A DNA stretch of 53,539 nucleotides. Origin: a virus (lineage: Duplodnaviria; Caudoviricetes). Made by a program: the position numbers and the translations under genes. This document shows, in pieces, positions 27,435 through 36,968 of this stretch; the stretch's first letter is position 1; each line of letters starts with the position of its first letter. Under the pieces are notes generated by a model. The model made no database searches. It saw nothing but the letters and a program-made list of their open reading frames with translations, and had not been told where the DNA came from. The stretch lies in IMG/VR virus record IMGVR_UViG_3300033143_002559, positions 1 to 53,539 of that record. One strand, given 5' to 3'.

Positions 27435-29053
27435 ATACTTTGCCAGTCCCAGGCGGGTTTACGGTCAGCCTTGGTATTGGTTGCCCCGACAATTGGGTTA
27501 AAGCCAGCAAGCTCCATCGTGCCGAGCGTGGCGTCAACATCGGCCCCGGCACCAGACGCACTCACGGTTGGATTGTGCCCCTGGAGAACCATCGTACCAA
27601 GTGTTGGGTTTACCTTGATCTCGTTCAGCACATCGTAGATGTACGCGCCCATTTCCCACAGGCCGGTAGCGGTGCCTACGGTTGGGTTGAAACCAGCAAG
27701 AACCATAGCTCCGACTGGGTCTTGCTCCACCTCTGTTGGGCCGGTATCTAACCCGCCAATCCAATCAGTGTTATCAAGCTCAATATCATCAAAGTAAAGC
27801 TCAGATGTCGCACCCGGAACAGCGGAGCCACTAGCACTCGCGCCGCACCGAAGCGTGTCACACAAGGCCGCTGATTGTGCCCCGGTGTAATCACTACCGA
27901 CTGAGGTTCCGTTTACTTTGAGTTCGCCGCCGCCGTCTGAACCAGACCCGGCCTGCCAATGAAATTCAATAAGCATCCAGGTATCAAGAGCCGGGTCTTC
28001 AGCACACACGCCATCTAAGATCGTGGTGTTTCCAGACCCGTTCCAGTAAATACAACGCCACCTAAAGGCTTGGTCGTCTGCTTGCACCCTCAAATTAAGT
28101 TCCATGAGGGATTGGGTATCGTCTTTTATTTCAAATACCTTGCATGATTGATAATCTGTAGGCACATTGAAGGCTGCATTCACCTTAAGGTAACCCCTAA
28201 AATACACCTCATCCTGGTCAGCTACCGTCTTGTAAGCGTAAACACCATTGTTCGTACCATCAAACGTTATCTTCGCACCCTTGCTGCCGCTGTTGATGTG
28301 GGCAGGAGTCGAAGAAACGGTGAGAGTGTTTGACCCCTCCTCCACCTTAGATGTGAACTCAGTGGTAAAGGCATCGACTTCGGTCTCTATGCCGGATGCG
28401 AAAACCACACCTACTGGGCCTAGCCAGTCAGCATCGTCAGCACCAAAATTGTCAACGTCAAGGGTTGAGCTTCCAGACGTTGTTCCCTTGTAACATCCGG
28501 CATAAATCGTATCGTGAGTCTTCGATACCGATGTCATCGTGACATTGTTTGAATCCCATACCAAAACTCCCGAGTCGTTATAAACCCTGGCTCTTATGGT
28601 GTCGTCGCCCGTGCCACCATTGTTGTGCGAGTAAAGCTCAAACCGGTAGTATCCACTTGGTTTTGTGGCATAGCTGCTTGTTGATGATGTGTAGCCACCA
28701 TAGCCAAATTGTACCCTCCACGCCCAGTCCCCGCTTCCATCCACTATGGCCCTGAGTTGAGCTCCTTCATCATACGCAGTTTCACCAGCAGCCAAAATCG
28801 TTAACCCGCTTGAGTTCGGCAAATCAAGGCTAGAAACATCTATGTATGCACGAGCATAGATTGTTAATTCAGCCGAGATGTCCTTGTACACGCAGGCTTG
28901 ATCGTTTGTCCCGCCTAATGTGCAGCGTGCCCCGTACGTCCCTGTGTGTGGCGCAGAACTGGATGCCGCTACGGAATTGCCGGATTCAGTCAGCGAACCA
29001 GTTACGTCAGTGAGATCGCCTTCTTCAAAGTCGGCTTCAAATATGTTTGCCAT
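27419..29053 (-). CDS. Fiber/appendage protein: two lectin (ConA/LamG-like) domains plus three GxMxLxGxNPxV repeats
   Basis: Tandem homologous domains ending DWLGP/DWIGG; repeats GAMVLAGFNPTV, GTMVLQGHNPTV, GTMELAGFNPIV. Confidence 0.7.
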   Translation of the reverse strand: MANIFEADFEEGDLTDVTGSLTESGNSVAASSSAPHTGTYGARCTLGGTNDQACVYKDISAELTIYARAYIDVSSLDLPNSSGLTILAAGETAYDEGAQLRAIVDGSGDWAWRVQFGYGGYTSSTSSYATKPSGYYRFELYSHNNGGTGDDTIRARVYNDSGVLVWDSNNVTMTSVSKTHDTIYAGCYKGTTSGSSTLDVDNFGADDADWLGPVGVVFASGIETEVDAFTTEFTSKVEEGSNTLTVSSTPAHINSGSKGAKITFDGTNNGVYAYKTVADQDEVYFRGYLKVNAAFNVPTDYQSCKVFEIKDDTQSLMELNLRVQADDQAFRWRCIYWNGSGNTTILDGVCAEDPALDTWMLIEFHWQAGSGSDGGGELKVNGTSVGSDYTGAQSAALCDTLRCGASASGSAVPGATSELYFDDIELDNTDWIGGLDTGPTEVEQDPVGAMVLAGFNPTVGTATGLWEMGAYIYDVLNEIKVNPTLGTMVLQGHNPTVSASGAGADVDATLGTMELAGFNPIVGATNTKADRKPAWDWQSIWRKW

Positions 29054-30786
29054 CAGTAATCTCCCTGATCGCCAGTTACAATGTCATCGGGCCAAGCTGC
29101 GGCTGGCAGAAACGCCTCGCTATACGGCCCCCCAAGATCAACTCCAGTGTCAATACACGGAGAGCCAGCCAACAGGGTGTAGTCATTGTTGTCCCTATCG
29201 GTGAACAACGGGTCTTCACCTGTGGAGTGTTCAGCAAATCCATACGTTGAAAACCATGTGTCGAGGGTGTACTGATTCCACTGACGGCTGATCACATTGG
29301 TTGACTCATCTTCCTTGCGGAGAAGGTTGTAGTCAGAGTCAAATCCGGTGTAGTCATCGAGCGACGTGTAGAGGTAGATCGCGTGCTGCACAGCACCGAT
29401 GATGATGTTGTTCTTGATCTTGGTCCCTTGTGGGCTACTGTCACCCTCGATGTAGATGCAGCGGGTTGAGTAACCGGCCCCGTCCAAAATGTTCCCATAG
29501 ACCAGCGTCCCGTAAGAGCCGCTCCCCACACCAGATCCACCAATCCCAAGCAGAATATTAGTGTAGCCATTATCGTATGTCCTATATACGATATTGCCCC
29601 AAATTTCATTGCTATGCGCCCGTTGCCACAGCCTGATCTCATATCCCTGACCGCCCCACCCGTTGTCCCATATCCTGTTTAGATAGACATGGTTGGAGTA
29701 AGAATCTATTTCTACGAGAATCCCGCATTGTCCGTTCCCTGAGATGGTGTTCTTGTAAATGTGACAATTCACGCAACCCTCGCCAGAGGAGCCGTCAAGG
29801 TCAATCCCGTCGAGATCGTTGTCGTGAGAGTGGTTCCCAACCATCGTGCAATTATCGACCCAAAGAAACTTCAGCCCGTAACCATCGAACGGGGTCGTAC
29901 CTGAATACCCAGTGGTTCGGCTGTGGTGAGTTTCGTTGTTGGAAAATGTGACTCGCAAGAGCTTGTTGGTCGGCCCGCCGCCGGCAGATATGTTGTGAGC
30001 GCCGCAATACGAAACCGTGTTCCCATCAGCCAGAGAGTCTGCCGCCTTGAGTGTGACCCCCTCGCCAGCACACCACTCGACGGTGCAGTTTTGGATGGTC
30101 ACATGATGGGTAAGTGCCTGACCGCCATCACAGCGGAATCCCCCATTCTCATCGTTCCCACGTTTAATATGGATGCCGTCAACCATGATGTAGGTTTGTC
30201 GGTACAGCCTAAAGCACCCGATCTGCGGAACCTCAATTACCACCCCTGATGTGGTGGGGTTTCCACCCGTGTCATCGCGGACGTAGACGGTATCGTAATT
30301 CAAGCCATCATTGTCGCCGTATCCCCACTCAAGGTCATTCAGAGCACCGAGCCCGTTAAAGTCTGGAACAGCCCCGCCCTTGGTGAGACTCACGTCATCC
30401 ATGAACACCAGCCCAGGATCTATGAGAGTTGGGTCTCCTCCGCCGGAAAGCTCACAGAAGAACTCTCCGGGCTTGGTTGTTGATTCTGTCCATTTGTGCG
30501 TTCCGGTAGTGATATCAACCGAGCCATCGAAGACCGGAGTGTGACCTGGATAAGCGAGGTGTGAGATATCAGAAACAGCAGAGCCGCTGGCTTTGAACGA
30601 CAACATCGTTGTGTTGTAATCTCCACCAGTATCAGCGAGATAGACGTTATCCCCGGCAGACAAGGCAGTTGCCCAAATGTTGTGGTTGGCAACGCTCATG
30701 CACTCACTCGCGATGTCCGGGTCTCCGTCCAGGCACGCGGCAAGACTCACCGCTGTCCCGAGCTCCCGGGCTGTGTAGTTCGCCAT
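29053..30786 (-). CDS. Right-handed parallel beta-helix protein (depolymerase/tailspike-like)
   Basis: N/D-ladder repeats (GNHSHDNDLDGI, YKNTISGNGQCGI); SDYNLL; DPLFTD...DYTLLAGSPCIDTG. Confidence 0.85.
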   Translation of the reverse strand: MANYTARELGTAVSLAACLDGDPDIASECMSVANHNIWATALSAGDNVYLADTGGDYNTTMLSFKASGSAVSDISHLAYPGHTPVFDGSVDITTGTHKWTESTTKPGEFFCELSGGGDPTLIDPGLVFMDDVSLTKGGAVPDFNGLGALNDLEWGYGDNDGLNYDTVYVRDDTGGNPTTSGVVIEVPQIGCFRLYRQTYIMVDGIHIKRGNDENGGFRCDGGQALTHHVTIQNCTVEWCAGEGVTLKAADSLADGNTVSYCGAHNISAGGGPTNKLLRVTFSNNETHHSRTTGYSGTTPFDGYGLKFLWVDNCTMVGNHSHDNDLDGIDLDGSSGEGCVNCHIYKNTISGNGQCGILVEIDSYSNHVYLNRIWDNGWGGQGYEIRLWQRAHSNEIWGNIVYRTYDNGYTNILLGIGGSGVGSGSYGTLVYGNILDGAGYSTRCIYIEGDSSPQGTKIKNNIIIGAVQHAIYLYTSLDDYTGFDSDYNLLRKEDESTNVISRQWNQYTLDTWFSTYGFAEHSTGEDPLFTDRDNNDYTLLAGSPCIDTGVDLGGPYSEAFLPAAAWPDDIVTGDQGDY

Positions 30787-32432
30787 CAGTAGTCCCCCGG
30801 ATCACCAAGCAAGACGCCATCCGGCCACGTTGACCCTTCTAGCAACATCTCGTTGTACGGAGGTCCGAGAATTTCGCCAATGCCGATGCACGGAGAGTTG
30901 GACTTCAGGGTGAAGTCGTGGTTCTCGGCGTCGGTGAACTGCGGGTCATCGGGGATAGAGTGGGCGTCTTGCGGATTTCCAAGCCCGTCTGTGAGCGCCT
31001 GCCACTGTGCAAGCGTGTACCCGGTTGTGCCGAGCTTGATAAGCCCGACGCCATTACTATTGAAGCAATTATAATCAGAGTCGATGTCCACGAAGGTAGC
31101 GTCATTGCACCGCAGGTCTGGACCTGTTGATCCAGCAACAATGTTGTTTCTCAAATACACATCTATGGTGCCAGAAAGCTCAATCCCCCAGGAGCATCCG
31201 TAGACAACATTCCCGACAATGAAGTTCGTGCCATCCTGACCAGAAGCGAAGAACGTTCTAATGGAAGACCTTGATGTATCGGTCGCCCCCCATGTGACGT
31301 TGCCCATGATGGTGCAATGAGAACTACGAGACAGCCCGATGTTGCTGCCACCGTCGATGTTGTCATACACCATGTTGTGCTTGATCATGTTGTAATACGA
31401 GAACTCAAGAAGAATCTGCTGGATGGTCCCAGGCTGGCCGTCGAAGTCACCACCGTTTTCATAGATTAGGTTTTCCGATATGGTGTTCCACCTACAGCCC
31501 CAGTGATTAGGGTAAGCCCCGCCGCCATCCAACCTGATCGCACCAGAGTCGTTGTGGTGCCAGGTTGACTTGGTGAGAATCGAGTTATCCATCCCAAAGG
31601 CTTTGATGCCAGCGCCGTCGTTCGAAACGCCGTCGATGAAGACTTGGTGATGGATCTCGCAGCCCGTTACAGTCAACCGTTCAAGCTTGTTGACTTCACC
31701 GGCGCCAGTTCCGATTCCATCCCCTGAGTTGTAGGAAATGTGGCAAGAGTCGATGAGACCATCGTCGGAGTGTGCGGCCCACTTGATCCCCACGAAGTTC
31801 CACGAGACATCGCAATTGCTAACGATGCACCAGTCGCTATTGTTGAGGGCATAGATCCCAAGCCAATCTGAGTGCATAATCGTGAGACCATCAAATTTCA
31901 CGTAGTCAACGCCATCAAACCTAGCAACGTATCTACGTGAGCCTGATTCCGTGCCGGGGCTAGTGTAACGAGTATCTGGATCTGTGGCGCTGTACTGGTA
32001 GAGAATGTCCGATTCCCAGCACCAGTCTTGGTCTGCTGCCAGGTTCGCCGGAAGCGCCTTCTTAGCACCACGCACCCCATCAAGAAATACCATGATTGGC
32101 TCGTCGGCGGTGACGGTGGCCTTCCACACATTCGTATCATGTAAGGTCCAGCCGGTTATGATGTTCGATCCCTTGAATACAGGAGTGTCGCCTGGGTATG
32201 CGAGTACCTCGATGTAGTTTCCTATCGAACCCGAGCCTTGAGGAGTCAGATACCCCCGGTAATCTAATCCAGCAGCTGAATCGTCCGCACAATAAATTTT
32301 ATCTCCAGCCACAAACGTCTCACCGTTGAAAACACTCAAATTCATGCACTCGGCGACAAGGGTTGGGTCGCCATCTACAGCCGCTGCCTTGTTCGCCGCC
32401 GTGCCGTCTTCTCGAACAGTGTAATTAGGCAT
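30786..32432 (-). CDS. Right-handed parallel beta-helix protein, paralog of 29053-30786
   Basis: Homologous N-terminus (MPNYTVRE/MANYTARE), SDYNCF, DPQFTD...DFTLKSNSPCIG; also ends in GDY. Confidence 0.85.
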   Translation of the reverse strand: MPNYTVREDGTAANKAAAVDGDPTLVAECMNLSVFNGETFVAGDKIYCADDSAAGLDYRGYLTPQGSGSIGNYIEVLAYPGDTPVFKGSNIITGWTLHDTNVWKATVTADEPIMVFLDGVRGAKKALPANLAADQDWCWESDILYQYSATDPDTRYTSPGTESGSRRYVARFDGVDYVKFDGLTIMHSDWLGIYALNNSDWCIVSNCDVSWNFVGIKWAAHSDDGLIDSCHISYNSGDGIGTGAGEVNKLERLTVTGCEIHHQVFIDGVSNDGAGIKAFGMDNSILTKSTWHHNDSGAIRLDGGGAYPNHWGCRWNTISENLIYENGGDFDGQPGTIQQILLEFSYYNMIKHNMVYDNIDGGSNIGLSRSSHCTIMGNVTWGATDTSRSSIRTFFASGQDGTNFIVGNVVYGCSWGIELSGTIDVYLRNNIVAGSTGPDLRCNDATFVDIDSDYNCFNSNGVGLIKLGTTGYTLAQWQALTDGLGNPQDAHSIPDDPQFTDAENHDFTLKSNSPCIGIGEILGPPYNEMLLEGSTWPDGVLLGDPGDY

Positions 32433-32682
32433 TCAGGATACCCTCGACCTTCTTCCGCACAGCCCGCATCTCTCTAGCCACCCGGTCGGCCTGCGGGTGC
32501 CCGATCCCCTCAAGGACTGAGATCCAGAGATGAAATGATGTGAACTGGTGGGACAAGGCGCTGCCCTTTGTGCGGAGCTCGTCCATTTGAGCCTTCTGGA
32601 GCCTCGCCCTGTCACGAAGCCCGTCAAGGATCTCAGGCTTGTCCCGCTCGAACTCGGCCGCAACCTTAGCTGCGAGGTCCAT
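32425..32682 (-). CDS. Small helical hypothetical protein
   Basis: 85 aa; stop overlaps the start of the beta-helix gene. Confidence 0.55.
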   Translation of the reverse strand: MDLAAKVAAEFERDKPEILDGLRDRARLQKAQMDELRTKGSALSHQFTSFHLWISVLEGIGHPQADRVAREMRAVRKKVEGILNA

Positions 32683-32690
32683 GACGCCAC

Positions 32691-33143
32691 CTATGCGGTG
32701 CGAGTCAGAGTCATTACTCCGCTGGTGTTCCAGGTGATCGACACGTCATCGACGATCATGGAGACCGGCCCGCCCATGTCGAGGTAGCCGGGGCATTCCA
32801 GGTTGCTCGCGTCATTGTTCACCAGGATAGCCCAGTAAATGTCTTCCGGCGAGCTGGCCGCAGCCGTCCAGAGCACGTTCCCGGTGTCATCGAATGTGGT
32901 AACGCCAGCCGCATGAGCAATGCCTGTGCCAGTCAGCACCTTCCCGCCTGTGGTGTAACTACCCCCCTGAGCACACTCATTGGCTGAGAAGTCAGCCCAC
33001 CTTGGCGTAGCGGTGGTTACAATCGGTTCGGTACCGGCGTTGGTAATCAGGCGAACACTGAACTCGTCATTGTCAAAGTCATGTACCTTATTCAGTACAT
33101 CGAATGTCGCTTCGTTAAACGTTACCCAGTCATTTCTTGCCAT
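32691..33143 (-). CDS. Virion structural protein (fiber-base-like)
   Basis: VHDFDNDEFSVRL...GGSYTTGG...TFD...V.WTA...ITWNTSGVMTL pattern. Confidence 0.7.
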   Translation of the reverse strand: MARNDWVTFNEATFDVLNKVHDFDNDEFSVRLITNAGTEPIVTTATPRWADFSANECAQGGSYTTGGKVLTGTGIAHAAGVTTFDDTGNVLWTAAASSPEDIYWAILVNNDASNLECPGYLDMGGPVSMIVDDVSITWNTSGVMTLTRTA

Positions 33144-33151
33144 GATTCCTC

Positions 33152-33532
33152 CTAGATCCCTACACCGTGGCGGCAGAGTCCGAAGAAGCAGACTGTGACA
33201 TCATCATCCAGCGTAATCACAAACCGATACGATGCGAAGGGTCGGTCCATCGCGGTTGGCGGATCGAAGAACCCCGCATCGTTATTGGCGCCGGAAGCCA
33301 GGGCCACGAACTCCTCGTAGGCATCTGCCGGATCCACGCCTCGCCGGCCGTAGGCGTCCGCAGGGCTCACCTGGACGTCGATCTTGACGTTAGCCACGTC
33401 CGGGTAACTCAAGAAGAACTGGCACCCGTTGAGGTCTTCTGCGTTGTACCACTCGGTAGTGATTGGGCTATCTGCGACCAGAACCGGCTCGCCCTTATAG
33501 AACCAATGCGTGACGTTATGAAAAGCGCCCAT
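33152..33532 (-). CDS. Putative virion protein
   Basis: 126 aa, beta-rich, directly after the capsid gene; GGAGG SD. Confidence 0.6.
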   Translation of the reverse strand: MGAFHNVTHWFYKGEPVLVADSPITTEWYNAEDLNGCQFFLSYPDVANVKIDVQVSPADAYGRRGVDPADAYEEFVALASGANNDAGFFDPPTAMDRPFASYRFVITLDDDVTVCFFGLCRHGVGI

Positions 33533-33543
33533 AGTGCCTCCCT

Positions 33544-33592
33544 AAAAAGCGGCGGGGGGCTTGGAGGAAAGGAGACTCCTCACCCCCCGCCT
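33544..33592 (-). terminator. Intrinsic terminator after the major capsid gene
   Basis: GGCGGGGGG...CCCCCCGCC stem followed by GCTTTTT on the minus strand. Confidence 0.8.
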
Positions 33593-33599
33593 TCGTGAG

Positions 33600-34577
33600 T
33601 TAGGAGCCCGGACGCCCCACAAAGTCGAGATAGTCGATCACGCCTGTCATCAGCCGCATGTGGTTGAAGACGGAGCGTGTGCGATTGCGACGGCCAAATT
33701 CCCACTTGGCCGAGAGGTTCTTGCGGATACGGAAGACGAGGTTCTGCTTGGCGTTCTTGCCGAGCATGAAGTTATCATCCGTGTCCTCGAGCTCGATGCA
33801 ATAGACAACCTTGATGTTCTTCTTTGCCAACGAGTTAACGTTCTTTGAGGAGACGTACTCCGTGCCGGTTGCGGAACCGCCGGTAGCCACTGTCCCATCG
33901 AACTCATACTGTTGGTTCAGAATCCTGGTGATGTCTCGTGCATGGCTGTCGTGGAGAACGATCGACTCCGGCGTACCGCGTTTCCTCAGTCCATTGTGGG
34001 TGTACTGGTCAATGCGGAGCTTGTCGATCATGTCCCAAATATTCGAGAACGACACTGAGCCGGCGGCCAGCTTGTTGTCGTAGACCTCGCCGGTCCCGTA
34101 CAACGGGTGATCGTCAGCGCAGAGCGCCTTCGAGTCGTACATGACCTGGCCGGTGGCGGCCGAGAACGCACGGTTGAAGACCGAGGCCGCATAGAGGCAC
34201 CGGGCCTGAGAGAAGCTCTGACCCATGCTCGTACCGAGCTTGTTGAGGAACTGCTTCTCGGTGATGTGCCGCATGTCCTCGAGCAGTTTGTCGTCGATAT
34301 CGGAGCCGAGCGCGATTTCCACATCGGATAGCGTCCACTCCCCGATCTCTTTCATTGCCTCGGTCTGGATGTCCTCACCGAACTTGCGCTCGTGAGGCAG
34401 TCCGAAGCCGCTCCAGAGGTAGCCCCGAATTTCCTGGTCGCCGGGGCCGAGTTTTGCCTTGTCTCCGAACACCTGGCCGTAGTCCCAGGTATTAGAGATG
34501 GCTTCGTCAAACATGGGCTTCTCATACTCGATCAGAGAAGTCGTGCGAGTCCACTGGGAGGTTGTCATTACCATCAT
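33600..34577 (-). CDS. Major capsid protein (HK97 fold, Mu gpT-like family)
   Basis: SGFGLP..K.GEDI, LGxxIxxxLLED, ASVFNRAF..YDSKALCADDHPL; terminator downstream. Confidence 0.88.
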   Translation of the reverse strand: MMVMTTSQWTRTTSLIEYEKPMFDEAISNTWDYGQVFGDKAKLGPGDQEIRGYLWSGFGLPHERKFGEDIQTEAMKEIGEWTLSDVEIALGSDIDDKLLEDMRHITEKQFLNKLGTSMGQSFSQARCLYAASVFNRAFSAATGQVMYDSKALCADDHPLYGTGEVYDNKLAAGSVSFSNIWDMIDKLRIDQYTHNGLRKRGTPESIVLHDSHARDITRILNQQYEFDGTVATGGSATGTEYVSSKNVNSLAKKNIKVVYCIELEDTDDNFMLGKNAKQNLVFRIRKNLSAKWEFGRRNRTRSVFNHMRLMTGVIDYLDFVGRPGS

Positions 34578-34585
34578 TTACCTCC

Positions 34586-35077
34586 CTAAATTCCGACGTG
34601 CTGTGATAGCACGGTGTCAACGAGGCGGAAAAGTCCGCGGTAGACGGTATCCCCGGCTATTTCCTCTTTCAAGGTGCCCTGGGGTGCGATGAAGATGAGG
34701 GCGTCCGCGATGCCGGTAACGGCAGATTTATCGAAATCCGCGTACCACTCGCCCGCGACCGCAACGAGACCGTACTTGGTTCCTGGGATGAATGTTGAGG
34801 CGTCGGTAACAACCGCGCCACTCACATCCCATGTATCGAGTTGGATAATATCGCCGGGAAACAGCGGGGTAGCAACAGCGTCTTCGCCTGTCGTGCCCGA
34901 TGCGTCGGCCTGTGCCAGTCCTAAGAGTACGGAGTCTGCGTTATCCAGAATCCGCATCTCGCCAGAAGCGTCGAGGGCGAGAAAATCACCGGCTTCCCAC
35001 GATTGGGAAGCGTCTTCGAGCCCGTGATAGGACTGACGGCGCCAGGTTGAAACAATAACCGGCTTTACTGCCGCCAT
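34586..35077 (-). CDS. Capsid decoration/cement-like protein
   Basis: GDFLALDASG...LLGLAQADAS pattern; immediately upstream of the capsid gene. Confidence 0.65.
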   Translation of the reverse strand: MAAVKPVIVSTWRRQSYHGLEDASQSWEAGDFLALDASGEMRILDNADSVLLGLAQADASGTTGEDAVATPLFPGDIIQLDTWDVSGAVVTDASTFIPGTKYGLVAVAGEWYADFDKSAVTGIADALIFIAPQGTLKEEIAGDTVYRGLFRLVDTVLSQHVGI

Positions 35078-35095
35078 TGGGAGCCTCCTAGTTTT

Positions 35096-35749
35096 TTATT
35101 CGACCGCGCTCCCTTCTGAATTTTGACTTTTGCCCTCAATCGGATTCAACGGCAGCTTTCTGAAGGTCTCAGTGACCTCAAGAGGACCTGTGGCTTCGCC
35201 GGCAACGGAATTCGGTTGCCTGTGCTTCATTGCGTGCTCAAGTCTCTTATCCTTTGCTGCTTGTTGCCTCTTGGCAAGCTCCGTTGTTTTCACACAAACT
35301 ATGTGTCGTTCAACCGTTCCCCTTCCATACCATGCTACAGCACCCTCGTAGTTTTTCAGGCCAGCTTCGTGCTGGAGCTGCGAGCTCCACGTATCACCGA
35401 GCATGTGGACCTGGAGGACCTTGTAGCCTTTCGCCCCCTGCGAGCGCGGGTCTTTCTCGAGGAAGAACCCCACCTCCCAGGTACGCGGGTCGTCTGGATC
35501 GCCGCCGTAGTTTTTGTTCAAGAACGTCTGGATGATCCCCTCGAGGCGGGTTGTTTCGACGCTGGTGGAGGCGTACTCCGCATTGAACTTGTCGAACTCG
35601 TAGGGGTCAAGAACCCCCTGGTTCCGGTCCGCGCTGGCGCCTGGATCGATTTTCTGGTCCTTGAGTGCCTGCGGGATGGAGGTTTTCTTCTGATCTCGGA
35701 TCTTTTGCAGGGCGTCCTTTTGGGTGCCCGTGGTGGTTTCTTTAGCCAT
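35096..35749 (-). CDS. Conserved head-module protein
   Basis: 217 aa between scaffold and decoration genes; SD present. Confidence 0.65.
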   Translation of the reverse strand: MAKETTTGTQKDALQKIRDQKKTSIPQALKDQKIDPGASADRNQGVLDPYEFDKFNAEYASTSVETTRLEGIIQTFLNKNYGGDPDDPRTWEVGFFLEKDPRSQGAKGYKVLQVHMLGDTWSSQLQHEAGLKNYEGAVAWYGRGTVERHIVCVKTTELAKRQQAAKDKRLEHAMKHRQPNSVAGEATGPLEVTETFRKLPLNPIEGKSQNSEGSAVE

Positions 35750-35750
35750 G

Positions 35751-36692
35751 TCACTCCCCCCTTAGTGCTTGGGCGGCCTTGAGTTGCTCTGGAGTGTACG
35801 TCACGCCGTCAGCCTTGGCCGCTGCAAGCGCGTCACGGTCCTCCTGGCCCAATCCATCGGTTGCGGGAGGGGACGCGGCCTGGGGCCCCTGTGGAGACGC
35901 TCCAGGGCGCATTGTAGGTGCAGAGATTTCGACCTCCCCTTTCGCCATGTGCAGGACCCTGGCGAGGAATTTCTGGTTATTGACGATGTCATCGAGTCTC
36001 GCGGTGTCGCCTTCTCGGTCGGCAACCTCCATCGCTCGAGTGACACACGCATTGATGGTGTCCTCGACGTGGCGCTGGATCTCGGGGCTGTTGCGGAACT
36101 CCTCATCCCGGTTAAGGATGCTGTCTTTCGCGTAGAAGCCGTCCACGGCGGCCTCACACGCCTTCGCGGAGTGCTGGACCTGGGCGGAGATGCGGGCGTA
36201 CTCCGCGTCGTTGGCCGCTTGACCGCGGCGGCTTTGCTCCTCGATGGTTTTATGGAGCGGCGCGGTCTCGTTGTAGATCTTCCAGTCGTAGTGGGCTTGG
36301 AGCTTCTGAGCGGCCTTGCCTGGCTCCAGCTCCCACTCTTCCTGGGTCGGAAGATCGACCTTGGGCGGTGCGGCCGGGGCCGTTGGTGGGGCCGCTGCCG
36401 GATAGCCGTCATTCGGCGGCCCTGGCGGGTGATGTGTTACCGGCGGAGGCTGCTGGAACGTCCCCTTGATGCTATCCGGCATGGCAATAGGTTCATGCTC
36501 AACCGGAGCGACGGCGGGGTCCGAAGGGGGCGGCGTGGTCGCATCGCCAGTCGGCACCGGCTCATCTGGCGGAGTGACTGGTTCCACCGCCGGGGTTGGG
36601 GTAGGGCTGGCGGGTGCGGGAGCTGAGTCGCCGCCACCCCCTCCGGGCTCCGCCTCGAACTGATACGCTGTTTTAAGCCACTTAAAATCCAT
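35751..36692 (-). CDS. Putative capsid scaffolding protein
   Basis: Pro-rich N-terminus, helical core, C-terminal LGQEDRDAL...YTPEQLK; after the portal. Confidence 0.7.
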   Translation of the reverse strand: MDFKWLKTAYQFEAEPGGGGGDSAPAPASPTPTPAVEPVTPPDEPVPTGDATTPPPSDPAVAPVEHEPIAMPDSIKGTFQQPPPVTHHPPGPPNDGYPAAAPPTAPAAPPKVDLPTQEEWELEPGKAAQKLQAHYDWKIYNETAPLHKTIEEQSRRGQAANDAEYARISAQVQHSAKACEAAVDGFYAKDSILNRDEEFRNSPEIQRHVEDTINACVTRAMEVADREGDTARLDDIVNNQKFLARVLHMAKGEVEISAPTMRPGASPQGPQAASPPATDGLGQEDRDALAAAKADGVTYTPEQLKAAQALRGE

Positions 36693-36695
36693 GAG

Positions 36696-36968
36696 TTACT
36701 CCTCCTTCTCTACTTTCGGCGGCTTTTCGAGAGCCATTGCGAGATAACCATCCTGGGTTCTACCCTGTGCGGCGAGGGTTGCAAGCTCTGCGGGATTTCT
36801 CCCTAGCTGGAGCATTGCATCCTGGGTGGCATATTTATCGGCTGCGAACATATCTATCATCGCTCCCCATTCAGGCTGACGCTTGAGGTGGTTGATCTCC
36901 GTCTGGTTCCATTCCGGCAGGTGGGACGTCGGAGACCTGTCCTCCAATGTCCACGAGTTGTGATTCAT
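36696..36968 (-). CDS. Small post-portal protein overlapping the portal 3' end
   Basis: INHLKRQPEWGAMID helical pattern; start uncertain (36968 or 36859). Confidence 0.5.
   Translation of the reverse strand: MNHNSWTLEDRSPTSHLPEWNQTEINHLKRQPEWGAMIDMFAADKYATQDAMLQLGRNPAELATLAAQGRTQDGYLAMALEKPPKVEKEE

Noticed and set aside
29047-29056. TGA readthrough or recoding fusing the beta-helix genes
   Set aside because: Downstream genes are in a different frame (TGATG coupling), readthrough gives no GAY motif, and all three stop codons end genes normally under code 11
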